Source: Spirogloea muscicola
Taxonomy: Eukaryota
DNA length: 64,000 nucleotides
Assembly: GCA_009602725.1 (NCBI GenBank)
Contig: WELB01000007.1
Coordinates: 293,116-357,115, forward strand
Reading direction: 5' to 3'
Below are positions 25,027 through 38,300 of this stretch, one piece after another (within the stretch, counting starts at the first letter, position 1; the number at the start of each line of letters is the position of its first letter). Both the position numbers and the translations under genes were made by a program. The notes beneath the pieces were generated by a model. The model saw only the letters and a list, made by a program, of their open reading frames with translations, was not told the origin of the DNA and ran no database searches.

Positions 25027-28000
25027 TTAAGCTTCTGGGAAGGTGACAATCAGTCCCAAGTATTTATCGAACACTTGCTGCAGTACCTGAGCACACAAGT
25101 TAGAAAACTATGTCAACTGTAACAGTTGCTTACAGGAGCAGGTGAACATTGTCTTCTTACACAAACTTGCTGTCCGACTGATGAACTAATGGCAACAAAT
25201 TGCAACTAGGACGCCTAGCCCTTGCTTGCTTACCGACTTAGCGAATGCTTCCTTCGCCAAAAGTAAGGCTGCCATGACAGCTTCCTTGTCATCAAACACA
25301 GAGTAAAGTCTCTCATAGAACACTGCGGCACAGCCCTCCGTCCCAGGCATGCTCTCCCCGCTCTGCTCATGTGCAACCCTGCTAGCAACAAGCTCCAAGG
25401 CGCGTTGATGGCACAGATTCTTATCCCCTGACTGCTTTTGAAGTCAACCAACATAGAAGAATGTGCACCTGCTTCTAGTACTGCGATTGTCAATACCACT
25501 TGCATAAAAATCGTGGGTGGGCACAAGACCTGGAGTCTCCTTCTTCCAACTTTGTTGTGAGGTACTCAGCAGCACTTGGCTTAAGCCCCTGAAGAATCAA
25601 ATTATGAAGGGTGATAGGGAATGCATCCTGCAGACAATGTCACAGCTGCAGCTTTCATCACAGCGGGCTCAGATGGTCGTCATGCCCGGACATATATATG
25701 TGCAGCATATATCGCAAGTACAACATAGTGGCAAATACAACCTCTCTTCTTCAAAGCACTTACCACCATGGCAAGGAGTACCCGCCGCAGTTCTCGTGGG
25801 TCAAGAGCCGCGAACACTCTTGCAACTGTATCTATCATCGTGTTGCCTCCTGCCGCTGTCTGATCTGCTGGCACTGCATCACTGACCGTCCCACGGGATT
25901 TTTCCACTCCTGCCCCTAGTCTGTGATCCATTTGGATGCCTGAGTTGGAGGAAGGGTCTCCTTTGAATTCCTGGCTGATTCCTGACAGGCCAGCAGTTCC
26001 CATGACAAGGGCCCGAAGCAAGATCTGCTCCTTGCCAGTCAAGGACTGCACAGTTGCACTTCTCTTTCGTCCTAGCCTCTTCTCAACTTGTTGCTCATCC
26101 TTCTTGTCAAGTGAAACTCCTTGCTTGATCGAAGAAGGAACAGACTCGCCATTGACAGCAGTTGTCCGCCGTTTTGGATGTCGTCCACCCTTAGAGCTCA
26201 TCTTATGGTGCCTCCTCTCAGCTGGGACATCTACTTTTCTTGATGTCCCTGATCCTGATTCATCTCCTTCAGCATTCATCAAGCTGGGTGGTTGAAAAGC
26301 ACCATCCTCTAAGTCTCCAGGTGATCTAGGCTGGCCTTGTGAGGCTGACACGTTTGCTGCCTGCAAGCTGCTCGTACTGCTGTCCTGAGGTTCCTTGTCT
26401 TGTGCTTGATGGCAAGCCTCCCCAGAAGGAAAGGGTGCAATGGCTTCCAATGTGCGCTTCTGTTGAGTCACCCAGTTGTCCATGTCACATAATCAGAGGC
26501 CTTAGTATACAGATTCAGAATAATTGAGCACAGTGTGCAGCCTGCAGAGAGGAGGCTCCATCTACGAAACACTCTGCTTGGCATATCGCGTGCAACAAGC
26601 CAACGACACGAGTCCCACCACCTCAGGACATGCTTGCATGATACAATACATGTCCCAGCAGGGCTTGCTGTGACAAGTGAAGCGTAAGCGCGTTGCAGAT
26701 GTACCTTCTCATAGTCCAACAAGCTGTAACAACACCGGGTGGAGAGAAGCAGTTAATTGCCGTGCAAGCATTGCTGTACTGTATATACATGCACAGGCAG
26801 CCTTGGGCACAAGCCTAAGAACACACTGCCGGTTTGGTACCTAATCAGGATTCGGCGAGCATAATACGTGTCCATGTGCGATCCAAATGCCAGGCACACT
26901 TTTGATGGCCACCAGAAATTGACTGCAATAGTCGATCTCTCACTATTGACTTGGTGATACCTGCAAAAAACAGGGAGTACCACGGACTTCTGAATTGCAA
27001 ATTCCAGATATAGGAGCAACTTCTATACAGGCATACAGGCATGCTATCAGGTAGCAAGAGGATAGTCATAAAGCTTTTATTGGGAAAACTCAGTACCAGC
27101 CCTCGGGCAGGAAGAGAGCATCGCCTGAAGCAAGTGTAACAGTTTTGCACAAGGTGCGATAGTTTGCTGCTTGCGGATGCTGCTTATAATCAGGTTGCAA
27201 CAGATTGATAGCACTGCTGGACAACAAGTAAATGTTAGGGCCACCTTCAATAACATCTGCTGCGAGGCCCACGATGCATAAGCCCAACACTGCAATATTG
27301 GTACCGAAACTCAATAGAGCACATGCCTGTGGTTGGAAGATTCTCCAAATAGAGGCATTGGGTACAAACTTCCTGCAGCTGAGGGTGGCCATATGCTGAC
27401 TGCATGCAAGGCAAACATCACTCCTTAGCTTGTGCACCGAAGTTCATCTTCCTACAGCATTGGGCCATGCGAAATTAAGCTGAGTATATTCATGCTGCAT
27501 AGCCAGTGACTTCTTACCTGTCTTTCGTCCACTGACCACACAAAGAAGGTTATGGTAGGGGTCATAGTGTATGCTTGAGATTGAGGCATGAATGCTCATC
27601 CAAAAGTTAATACTTGCAATTTCTTTCTTCTTGAGAATGTCTGGCTGCACTGCAGAAAGATGGGAGTGGAGTGCCTCATTGTGCCGCACTCTGGGCCAGC
27701 ATATACACAAGCTCTCATCCTTGATTGCTCTCTGAACTAGAATCTGCCAAGTGGCTGACCGGCGCAGGTACGAGAGAAGCGGAGAGCGGAACGGAGACGA
27801 AGGGCAGACAGATAGAGGAAAGGCAAAGGGGCCCAAAGTGAATCACAGAAAGGGCCGTTTTGACGACACCAAGGGCACACTTGCTGACCTTCTGGATGTC
27901 CTCCAGCAGTGGAGCAAGGGAGACTCCATTCCGGTCTTCAGCGTCGTACATGGGAGCCTGATATGCAGTCGGGGTACAGACAGGACACACGAGATTTGGA

Positions 28001-29241
28001 TATAGGAGATACACGATGTCCTGAGAATGACTACAGTATCCTCAAGTTTACTGCAAGTAGCTTAGCTACTCAGAATGATCTACACCAGTGGTTTACCAAA
28101 GCAGCTGTGCATAGTCTTGCAAAGTGACAGTTGAGTAGAAGGTGATGACCTGGGCTAAGTAGCAATGCTTCCCTTGAAGCAAATTTAGGCCTTCTGCAGC
28201 TGCACTTGGCAGCGGTCCCGCTGGTTCAAGTACCGACTGCTCTCCCTCACTTGGGTGGCATTGGCTGCTAGCAAGAGGGGCAAGCTGCAGCAAGTCACCT
28301 AGAGTAGCAGCAACCTGACCCAGCCAGGCCAACGGCACAACTGTCAGCAGTAACTCTGGAGCTGCAAGTGTTCTAAACATATGCCTCAGTGCTTGATGCT
28401 TCATATGTTTCTTTGAGCAGAGACTGTACCCTTTCATGGCTGCCGAGGTTGCCATAAAAGATAGGGCCCACAGAAGCCATGGCTTGCACAGTGGCTTTCC
28501 CAGCTAAGGCCTGCCAGATGGACAACCAACTGGTTAGCCTCGCAGCGTCTCCAGGAAATCACCGTCATCAGGGCGTGTAACATTCACAATGACGTCACGG
28601 GTACGTCCTGTGTCCAAGTTCAGCACGCACTGCCAGCATGTGGCTGGTGCAGGCCTCAAGTGCAGGCCTCCTGGGACTGCCGGCACTGTGTTGCTGCAGA
28701 CGTGCCGAGCCAGTTCTGCTCCCAGAAGTCACGCCCATGCATCTGTGTGGGTACCCGGCAGCAGCATGCCAGCAAACGCCTGGCAGGCCCTTGGCGAGCT
28801 TGTCCTGAGGGTTGTCAACCGGGTGTCTAGGCTTCAGGGTCGAGGATTTGGATAGCAGGTCCGCTTGCAGCGCGACGTCGTCGGAAAGCGTCTGGGCTGG
28901 CCAGGGCCGTCGGGCCTCACCCTGAGCCTGCGGAAGGAGCCGCCGTCCGCCGGTGGCCCCCACAGGCGGACAGCCGGCCAGCCGCTCACGAGGCCTCGGA
29001 AGACCTGCCCCGTCGTCAGCGCCCACCAGCCAGCCGAGGCCCACTGTCAGAGGAGCTCGCCGGAGACGCCACTAAGAGGCGGTCGCAGAGGCGCAGGCAT
29101 TTGCTGCTGGCTGTGCGGCAGCGGCCTCCTCACAGCGGGCAGGTTGGGGTCCTCGCAGGAGGCGGCGAAGGCGTCGGGGCCGGCGGCGACGGGCACGTCG
29201 CGGACGCGCCACGCGTGCTCGGCGCCCGCGGCGGCGGCCAT
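25027..29241 (-). CDS. JmjC-domain (cupin) 2-oxoglutarate dioxygenase, plant JMJ31-like, spliced
   Basis: VFRGLVSGWPAV, INFWMS...SSIHYDPYHNLLCVVSGRK (HxD), TLASGDALFLPEGWYHQVNS...IAVNFWWPS. ATG 29241; stop 25027 after VFDKYLG. Confidence 0.88.
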
Positions 29242-29329
29242 GGCGGCCTGCCGACTCCACGGTTGAGGCCCGTCGGGGAAGCTGCCGTGCTGCCGTGAGG
29301 GAGCCCACGCGGCGACCGTCTGTGGCTCT

Positions 29330-29730
29330 GTGGAGAGAAGGCGCGCGGTGCGCATGAAATCGAAAGGGAGGCCAATGCTGGCCTCACGAAAGTCCTGTTA
29401 CCTGGGTGACGAGCTGGCTAAGGGGGACACCAAACATCCCCGAGTGAGCACATGCACATCTGACAAGCTATACTGAGGCGCCAGAACACTGTCTGCCATG
29501 AACACCTGTATGCATCTGGCTGGCCTCTTACAGCCGCTCATTTAACATCAGCAACCGCATCCTTTCCCGGAGTGTGGCCGGGCAGACTCGTTTCCATGAT
29601 GTCAACTCCTCTCGGGCTGGCTGTTCACAGCCCTAGCCTCCTACGGGGGAGAGCCACTTCCCTGCCTTTCCTTGTCCACTCTTTTGGGCTGGCCTCTCCC
29701 AGCCACCAGTTAATCTGGCCGCGCTTGCTT
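29330..29730. mobile_element. Compact retroelement 3'-end cluster upstream of the JmjC gene (F minus; G, A/E, B plus)
   Basis: gagaaggcgcgcggtgcgcatgaaatcgaaagggaggcc; catgaacacctgtatgcatctggctggc; gggctggctgttcacagccc; gggctggcctctcccagccaccagttaatctggccgcgc. Confidence 0.78.
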
Positions 29731-30199
29731 CATTTCCTCGTTCAGTACTTCAGGCTGGCTGGCTTCTCGCCACCATTGCCTCACAGTGAAAGAGTTGTTT
29801 CTCTTCTGCTGTCCAAATATATACCTGGGCTGGCCTCTAACAGCGCGTTAAAGCGAGCCGCTTCTCTCGGAGAGCTTGCCCCCTTTTCTGAGAGCTGCGT
29901 CTTCTTGTGCAGCAGTGCTTGCCATGACGCAACCTTCCAGATCTTGTCGCCACTCTTGCACACAGAGCTTATCATCCGTCTCGTTATGGATCAGGGCAGC
30001 AGCCTTTACTTGTATCACCGGATTGCGAACGAGGACAACACCTGCCAACGTGTCCAGAAGGGCACGTGATGGCGTCACATGAGCACCTCATTGTCTGCTT
30101 GAAAGTGGCCAGCAACATCATGAGCTTGACGCTCCAAAACTCTGTGGACGGGCCAGTCAGACCACTCAAGGAAGTTGGTCCCGCCATTTTGCCTGGCTC

Positions 30200-33100
30200 T
30201 CAAGAACTCAAAGATTCATCTGACAGGGACCTTGCGAATGCTTCCCTCAGCTTGGACCGTAGCTTGGACAGCACAATTTTCAAGCCAGCTGAGCTGCTCT
30301 CGCTGGGTCCAGCTCCGTCTTCCCTCTTCCCGCCCTCCTCTCCCAAGATCACTGCGCAGCTCCTCAATATATCCTGAGCCTTCTCTCCGAAGTGTTGCAC
30401 GACCAATCCGCCCACGTGCTGCAAAGTGGGCAAAACAGCTCCAAAGTTCTCACCCCGTCATCAGGATCAGCGACTTGAGAAGCCTCTGCAGATCCAGAAG
30501 TGCTCACTTGCTTGTATGCACAAGCAAAGGTTAAGCAAGTCCAACATCACTACTTGTGCAATGAGGGCCAAAGGAGAGAGGGAAGAGTAAGCTTGTGTGT
30601 ACCTTCGGTGGGCTTTGAAGAAGATGTAGGGTGGTCTGGCATGTTAGGAGGAAAGCACTCTCGTTGTAGATTAGAGAATTTCTCTCCCCTTCCTCACTTC
30701 CTACCTGTTTCTCGTATCCAGCCTCATTGTAGTAAGGCTTGGCCACAAGAACAAGGCCCTGAATGGAAACAAGGACCTGGTATGACAATATCACGACTGG
30801 TATGAGAGTTGCTGTCACTTTCACTTGTGCTAACCACCAACACCAAAATCTTATCGAGGAGCAATCCGCTCCAGCAAACACATTTATTGACAAGCTAAAT
30901 CTTTGATAACTGCGTACTTTGTGATGCTGCCCTCCACCCTTATTCCTTCACAACGTCAACTGAAGGACCAAATACCAGACAACAAGACAGCTACCTGGAG
31001 TATTGTTGACGATTGGGGGTCCCATACTTCGGACCCTTTGCCAGTCCATGTGTTCAATAGGCTCAAACAAACTTTGCCGTCCTCATATAGATTGGGATTG
31101 ATCCGTAACCCCCGGGAATGATAATAGACAACCTGCAAACAGCAACTAAGACTTCAATCCGCTTGCCTTCACTGAGGGATGTCTGGAGTGCTGGCAAGCT
31201 CAGAAGATGGTCCTACTGATGTTATGAACGAGAAAGCCGTGAGATCCTGTAAAACAGCGCACTCCATCTGATTCTTACATCGTGCATACAATGGAGAAGC
31301 AGTGGACACAGAAGCCAAGACTCACAGGCGGTACAGTTGGATAATCTGGAGGAATGAAAATGTCAAATACAAAGAGGCCGTTGTGATATGGCGTGCCTGG
31401 TGCACCCACAATAATAGCACGCAGGAGATCCATGCGATCCTCATAAGCCCTGACATAGATACTCTCTATAAAGAAAAGGGCACAACAATCAAAGACGGTC
31501 AACCTTGTGCACAAAGGCGTGCACAGAGGTCAATGAGTAAGTATTTATAAGCAAGAACTACAAGTGGTACCAGCCTATATTACTTCGAAAATCACAAACC
31601 ACATGAGAGTGCATGTGCAGACTACTCAGCACTAGGTACCTGGGAGACTGTTTTGCAATGACGCCCACTCTTGCTGCACTTTCTTTGACCATTTGCGACT
31701 TGGGGTAATCTGAGACCAAGTCAAAAGTCACGAGGACCACTCTGCTATTAGAAGTGCACATTCCAAGGTTGCAGGACTGTGTCCAGCATCGAGCTAAAGT
31801 CACGAGGACCACTCTGCTATTAGAAGTGCACATTCCAAGGTTGCAGGACTGTGTCCAGCATCGAGCTCGATGCCCAAGTCACAGTGGTCCACACGTACCA
31901 TTACCATTGTTTCTGGGGGACAATAGAGTGGAATCTGTGCATACCTGCCCAACATTTGATACATAGTGATGATCAGAGGCATCTATCACGATGTCAAAGT
32001 GCTCATAAGTTGAGCCTCCATTGGCCACTTGACCAGCTTCTGCATGCCCTGTGCCAGAAGACTCCGCGCTCATTTCTTGCCCACCACTATTATCTGTATT
32101 GTCATCAATCCCAGCACCGTCTCTTGGCTGTGTTCTTAAGTCCTCCTCCGCAGCTTGTGCACCTGCAAGCTGCTGACTCAGGCCGCCATTCATCCGAGAA
32201 GCTGACACAGCCCCTTCCACCATGTGTTTTGCATCCGGTGCAGATCGATTGACAAGAAGCGAGGGACTCGACTCTGCTTGGCCATTCCCTTCATCAGGCG
32301 TAAGAAGATCCTCCAGTCCATGGCTGGACCTGCGAGGCAGGCTCGCCATTGATCTGGCACCTGGCAGCTGTTCCCCCTTTCTGACCAGCCCAGCCGCAAG
32401 GCCAGCGAGCCTACTAGCCAGCCCCATCGTGGCTTGAGACAAGGGAGTGAAGATCCCCGCTGCACTTGGCTCAGGCTCAAGAGAGCCCTGAGCTTCAAAA
32501 GCTCCTGCAACCCGCTGCTGATTGTCGATCGTGGAATGACCTCCATTTAGCAAGGCCTCCATATCAGCAATCCTGTGGAGTTCCTCCTGAAGACAAGGGT
32601 GAGCCACTTGATCAGTACAAATTTGCGCATCCGTCGGACCTTGGCTGATATACCCTATCAGATGAGTCATATATGGGGTCAGCCTGAGCAGCAACCCCTG
32701 ACCACCCTCTGACACCAGTCAACACCTGCCCAAGAGACGAAGATCACTCCACTTGCTCTTGCCGTCATCTCCAGTTGCAACAGAACAGTACCAGGCTTTC
32801 ACTTGGAGCTAATCCTGGTCATGCAAGTCATCAACCACATCCCTTTGCGCACCCTTTCGTTATCGGCAGGATCAGCCATGGAGTCTGTTGTCTCCCAGCT
32901 CGCGGCATCATCCCCAGCTTCGTTGGGTCCATAGTCATCCTCCCTACTGACAACGTATATTGCTTGAGGTCCGACCTGTGCAACAGATGACGAGGGCATC
33001 CTCAGTCGTCGTGTGTAATCTTCATCAGCCATGACTTGATCATCGGAGATTCAGCTCAAGCTAAGCACCCCATGTACTGGTCATTCCGGCTCATGTTACG

Positions 33101-35051
33101 GGCCTGCAACAGGGAGTGCACTTGGACCGACCTTGGAAACAACACCATCAGCCCATGCAACCAAAATTTCTCCCGCTTCTAGGCCTGCAATTTCGCCAAC
33201 CCAGGAGAGGTCCTTCTCCATCGGTGCAGAGCTCCTCCCATCTTCGTCCACCTTCGGCTCCGTCTGACCGACATCATCAACTTGGGCGGCATTGACTTGG
33301 GCTTGATCTGGTTGGGCTTGATCTGGTTGGCCTTCAGCATCTGATGCAGAACGGAGGCCAATGACGACGTCTCCTAAACGATACGTGTAGTCTGGGTGCT
33401 CAAGGAGCTCATACACAGAGACGAGCTCCCCCTCCTCAAACTCCAACCTCTCATGAGGCTCACTGACCTGCCGAGACGAGGCCGAGGAGGCAGGGCGGTC
33501 AATCACTTACTACTGACTGTAGTGACAATCCTGCTTACAGTGCCGGGCAACAACAGGGCGCATCCGGGCACCTGCTTCATCCATTGCACAACAGCTGTCC
33601 TTTGCTTGAAGTCGACGCTCTTCACCAGGCCAGCTCGGGAAATCAAGCGCTCCTGCTGAGCCTCCTCCCCCACCGTCCGCTGAAGGACGTACTCATCTGG
33701 CCAGAAGTCATGGTCCCCCAGGTGATTGACAGGCACCAAGCTGCTGGCCTCCACCCCCTGAGACTGTTGACCAAGATACGAGCAACGGCCAGGTTCAGGT
33801 CTCTGGCAAGAAGCTCATTTGGTCATGCGGTCAAGGAGAGAATGCAGCAGTAGCAAGTGTGCGACCTGCCTTGCAGAGCACCCAGCAAGCTCTAACACCA
33901 GCTCCTGTTGTGGGCATGCAGTGACTCACCAAGGTGGCATCCTGCCACCGAACATCCACTTTCGTGTGCGTGCCAACAATCAAGAGAGCCTGCTCAGCCT
34001 CTGCCTCCCTCCGGCGTGCCCTCCTTTTTTGCTTCTTGGAGCGGGCCTTGCTCTTCTTCCTCGGGACAGCTGGCTGCGGTGCCGCGGCTTCACCAGCGGC
34101 GTCGTCAGGAGCACCGTCCGAGTCGTCCTCACCCGACCCTTGGCGCGCTTCTGGGGCGGGCTCTGGTATGGGCATGGTGTAGTCGCCGAGGCCCCAGTTG
34201 GTGTGGTAGAAGTACATGAGGGGCACAAGGTCCTCGGCCTGCATCCGCTCGGCCGGCACGTCCGGAGGAGCCTCGTGCCGGTGGGTGCCCTTGGGCCCGC
34301 CAGCTGCCAGCCAGAAGACGGTCACCGTGCCCGCCTCGACTTGAACCACGGTGCCCTGCCTGCGCTGGGGTCTCCAAGCTCCGTGCAGCCACTGAGCGTC
34401 TCGATACAGAGACGACCGGTCGGCCTCCACCCGCTGCCCGGGATAGTAGGGCGACTCCTTCTCGTCGTCGATTGGGCTCTGCTGGACAGGCTCCAGCCGC
34501 TCCTCGTCCACGTCCTGGAGCCGGCAGCGTGCTCCATCGTCAAAGGCCACCGTGACGGTGTCCAGGACGTCCTCGACGCGGCCCAGCCAGGAGCCGTGCA
34601 CGACGTACTGGCCGGGCCACAGCGGCCTGACCGGGCGGAGCAGGCGGCTGTCCACGTCCGGCACGCGGGCGCCACCGGGCCGCTCCAGCTCCACGCGCAG
34701 CTCCACGGCCACGACGGTGCCCATCATGCCGAGCGGATCCTGGGCCCACGCGACGATGTCGCCGTGCAAGAAGGAGCGGTCGAGGACGCGGAGGCTGTCG
34801 CGGGGGACGTGGTCGGCCCAGACGTCGCCGGTGAGCCAGGAGATGCGCACGTGGCCGTCGGGCAGCGGCGTGTCGTCCTCCTCGCCGCCGGCCTCCTCGT
34901 CCTCGCTCTCCTCGCCCTCGCTGTCGCCGAACACCCGCGTCACGATGCCCAGCCGCCGCGGGTGGTCCGGGTGCGCCACCACGTCGTCCGTGAACACCGC
35001 CACGTCCTTGCTGCTGCGCCCCGCCAGGGGCCGGTCCGCGGGGATGGCCAT
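30200..35051 (-). CDS. Large E2 ubiquitin-conjugating enzyme, UBE2O / plant UBC23-UBC24(PHO2) type, spliced
   Basis: LRVLDRSFLHGDIVA, WLGRVEDV, YYPGQRV, YEDRMDLLRAIIVGAPGTPYHNGLFVFD, catalytic NPNLYEDGKVCLSLLNTW, QVLVSIQGLVLVAKPYYNEAGY. Confidence 0.92.
31724..31867. repeat. 72-bp tandem duplication in an E2 gene intron
   Basis: aaagtcacgaggaccactctgc...gtccagcatcgagct at 31724-31795 and 31796-31867, identical by eye. Confidence 0.9.
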
Positions 35052-35304
35052 GGCCGCCGGCGGAGCGGGAGAGGCGGGGGCCGCCGCCGCAGACGGCGGC
35101 AGGAGCGCCGCCCCCCGAGGAGCGCTGTCCCGAACGGAGCAGCGGCGCAGCGGCGGCGCGCGATGGGGCGGCGGCGGGGCGGTGGGCGCTTGCGAGACGG
35201 CCGCAGGTGCCTGCCAGTGTTGATGGAAGAGTGCGGCTGCTGCCGTTCGAGGGCGAGCGTTCGGTGGGCGAGCCAGCGAGGGGCACGCACATCACAGCTC
35301 TTCC

Positions 35305-38300
35305 AGTCGTCCTTTTTTGGGTTGTTCATCCTTTTTGGGCTGGCTTCTCCAGCCGCCATCCTCAACGGGCGAGCCCTTCTCTCTTCCAGTCGAGGGCTAT
35401 GGCTTTTGATTGGCCAGCACAGAGAACAGAGTGCATGAAGTGAATGAAGGGGAAAATTTTACGTGTATTTGAAACAAACGAAGGCCACATGGCCAAGTAC
35501 AAAGGCAAGCACATCTTAAGACCTACATAACCTACAGTAAATTGACCCGCTCAGAAACCACGGGTCAAAACATAAAGGTCGCTAACCGATGCCTGGATAC
35601 TAGATGGCAGATACGGAGCCCTTCTGCCACCAACTAGAGCTCGCCCAGCTTTCTGGTGCAAAGCATTAGCCTGAGCACGCTGCAAACAGGCCGAAACTCG
35701 TCGTCGCAACAACGACAGATAAGCAGCTGGTAAGCCCATCTCAGCCGGGAACACATCTGCATGTCGTGTGTAGCCTAGATTGGCTATGTTTGGAAGGAGA
35801 GTAAGGAAACGAGGACCTAAGCAGCCGAAGATGTCGATTGCCGCTGGCAAGAGCTGATCACATCGGGAAATCGGGAATGAAGGGAGACGGGAGAGATGGC
35901 GAGCGGTGCTCATAAGACGCCGAATGCTCAGAGAAGAGGAGCTGGCCAAGCCAGCCCAAAAATAATGGACAAGCGGCCGAATGCCCTTAGAGGAGGGACT
36001 GGCCAAGCCAGCCCAAAAAGAATGGATAATTTCCAAAGCCAGAAAAGGTGCCGCATAGGATCAAAGAGTGACGCATTTCGAGCCAATACACTTGAGAAGA
36101 GAGAAGGCGCGCGGTGCGCATGAAATTGAAAGGGAGGCCAGTTCTAGCCTTACAAATTACTTGAGAAGGGGAGTGAGGGCGCCGTGCAGCCGCGGGCGGC
36201 ACTCGGCCTTCTCACTACCTCGTCTCATCGGCTGGCGACGGCCAGCAGCCTACGCGCCCAAACCCCTCGACCGGAGGCCAGGCCCGCCACGCTGCCCGCC
36301 CACCTTCCCCTCCCCTTCCTCAGCCTGCTCGAGAAGGCGCGGCGCTTTGCCCTCTGCATCGTCTCTATGTTCTGCAGTGTTTTGTGGTGTAGTCCTTTTT
36401 CCGGCTCCTCTTTCTTTGGCTTTGGATATCGTCCATTCTTTTTTGAGCTGGCTTTGCCAGCCCCTCTTCTCTATGGGCGCGCACTTCTGACGAGAGGTTA
36501 CTGAGAGTTCGCTTACTGCTGTCTCAGTCCTTAGCACTCCGACTCCTTCAGACCTTGTCCATTCTTTTGGGCTGGCCTCTCCCAGCCACCAGTTAATCTG
36601 GCCGCGCTTGCTTTCTCATAAGACGCCGAATGCCCTTAGAGAAGAGGGGCTGGCCAAGCCAGCCCAAAAATAATGGACAAGACGCCGAATGCCCTTAGAG
36701 AAGAGGGGCTGGCCAAGCCAGGCCAAAAACAGTGGACAATATCCAGAGCCAGAAAAGGTGCCACATCGGATCAAAGAGTGACTCATTTCGAGCCAATTCA
36801 CTTGAGAAGAGAGAAGGCGCGCGGTGCGCATGAAATTAAAAGGCAGGCCAATGCTAGCCTTACAGATTACTTGAGAAGGGGAGTGAGGGCGCCGGGCAGC
36901 CGCGGGCGGCACGCGGCCTTCGTTCAAGAAGAAGAAGTAGCTCTCCCAATGGGCGCAAGGGCTGTGAGAAAGAAGAAAGAAGTGGCTCTCCCAATGGGGG
37001 CAAGGGCTGTGAGAAGCCAGCCCGAAAAGAATTGACAAGGTTCGAAGGGGCCAAACTACGAGCTAAGCAGCGTTCAAGAAGTGCGCGCCCACAGAGAAGA
37101 GGGGCTGGCAAAGCCAGTCCAAAAAAGAATGGACAATGTCCAAAGCCAAAGAAAGAGGAGCCGGGAAAAAGGACTACATCACAAAATACTGCAGAACACA
37201 GAGACGATGCAGAGGGAAGCTCAGTACCCACGAGTGAGCAACACCTTCGTTCCACCTCGTCTCATCGGCCGGCGACGGCCAGCAGCGCGCCGGGGAACCT
37301 AAGGGCCCAAACCCCTCGACCGGAGGCCAGGCCCGCCACGCTGCTCGCCCACCTTTCCCTCCCTTCCTCAGCCTGCTCGAGAAGGCGCGGCGCTTTGCGC
37401 ACGACATGAAGAGGGCGGCCACATCAAGCCCGTGCACCTCTGTTCAGGCCAAGGAAGCTTGGCGCCGCCTCGACGGGCTTGAAGAAACACCGCGTCCACA
37501 TTGAGAGCAGTGGCTATGAAGGCCAGCCCAAAGGAAGGGACAAGGTCTGAAGAGAGAGAGGTCTGAAAGGGCCGAATGGCGCAAGAAGCAAGATACTAAA
37601 CGCTAAGACGTCAGCAAGTAGGCTCTCAGTAACCTCTAGTCAGTAAATGGAGTCGGAATATCTGCGCGACGCGCGGCCTACCAACGGCCGCAAGAAAGTG
37701 GCTCTTCTAAAGAAGTGGAGCGTATTTTGGGTAATGGAGGGCCTGAGTGGCCAAGTACAAAGGCAAGCACATCGACAGATGCACATCACCTCCTGCTAAG
37801 CTGACCCGCTTAGCGACCACGAGTCAGCTCCTGGAGGTCGCCAACTGATGCCCAAATACAGGACGGCAAATGACAAGCCTTTTTGCCACCAGCTAAAGCA
37901 AAGGGGGCGAGGGCTGTGAAAGGCCAGCCAGGAATAGTGGACAAGGGAAGATCAGGCTCACTTCAGCGGCTTGGGCTTTCCGGCCTCTTCAATTCTCCCG
38001 CTCTCCCGCGCATGTGGTCTTCAGTCTCACTGCAGCGTCCTTTGGCTCACGTCCTGTATCTGCGAGCTGGCCATGCCCTGGCTCTGCTGCCTCCAGCTGT
38101 TGCCAGGGAACTTCTAACTTTGAATTTATTTGCCTGCTAGCATTCGACTTGCGGCTGCTAGTTAGGAAAAACTGAGCGGCTCGAGTATAGCTTGTGGGGT
38201 ACCTTGCTATCCCACTCCTCTGTAAATGTTATTCATCTGTGGGCTGTGCCCCTCGAAGCCCTCGCCGCCTTTCAAAGTTGCTGCTTCATATCCGGCGCGC

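Noticed and set aside
33819..35438. 539-aa plus-strand ORF and similar long GC-rich ORFs
   Set aside because: Antisense shadows of GC-rich real exons with no recognisable domain.
35910..37250. Repeated hairpin units as a CRISPR-like array
   Set aside because: Spacing and orientation are irregular, the intervening sequences are themselves repeats, there are no cas genes, and the context is eukaryotic.
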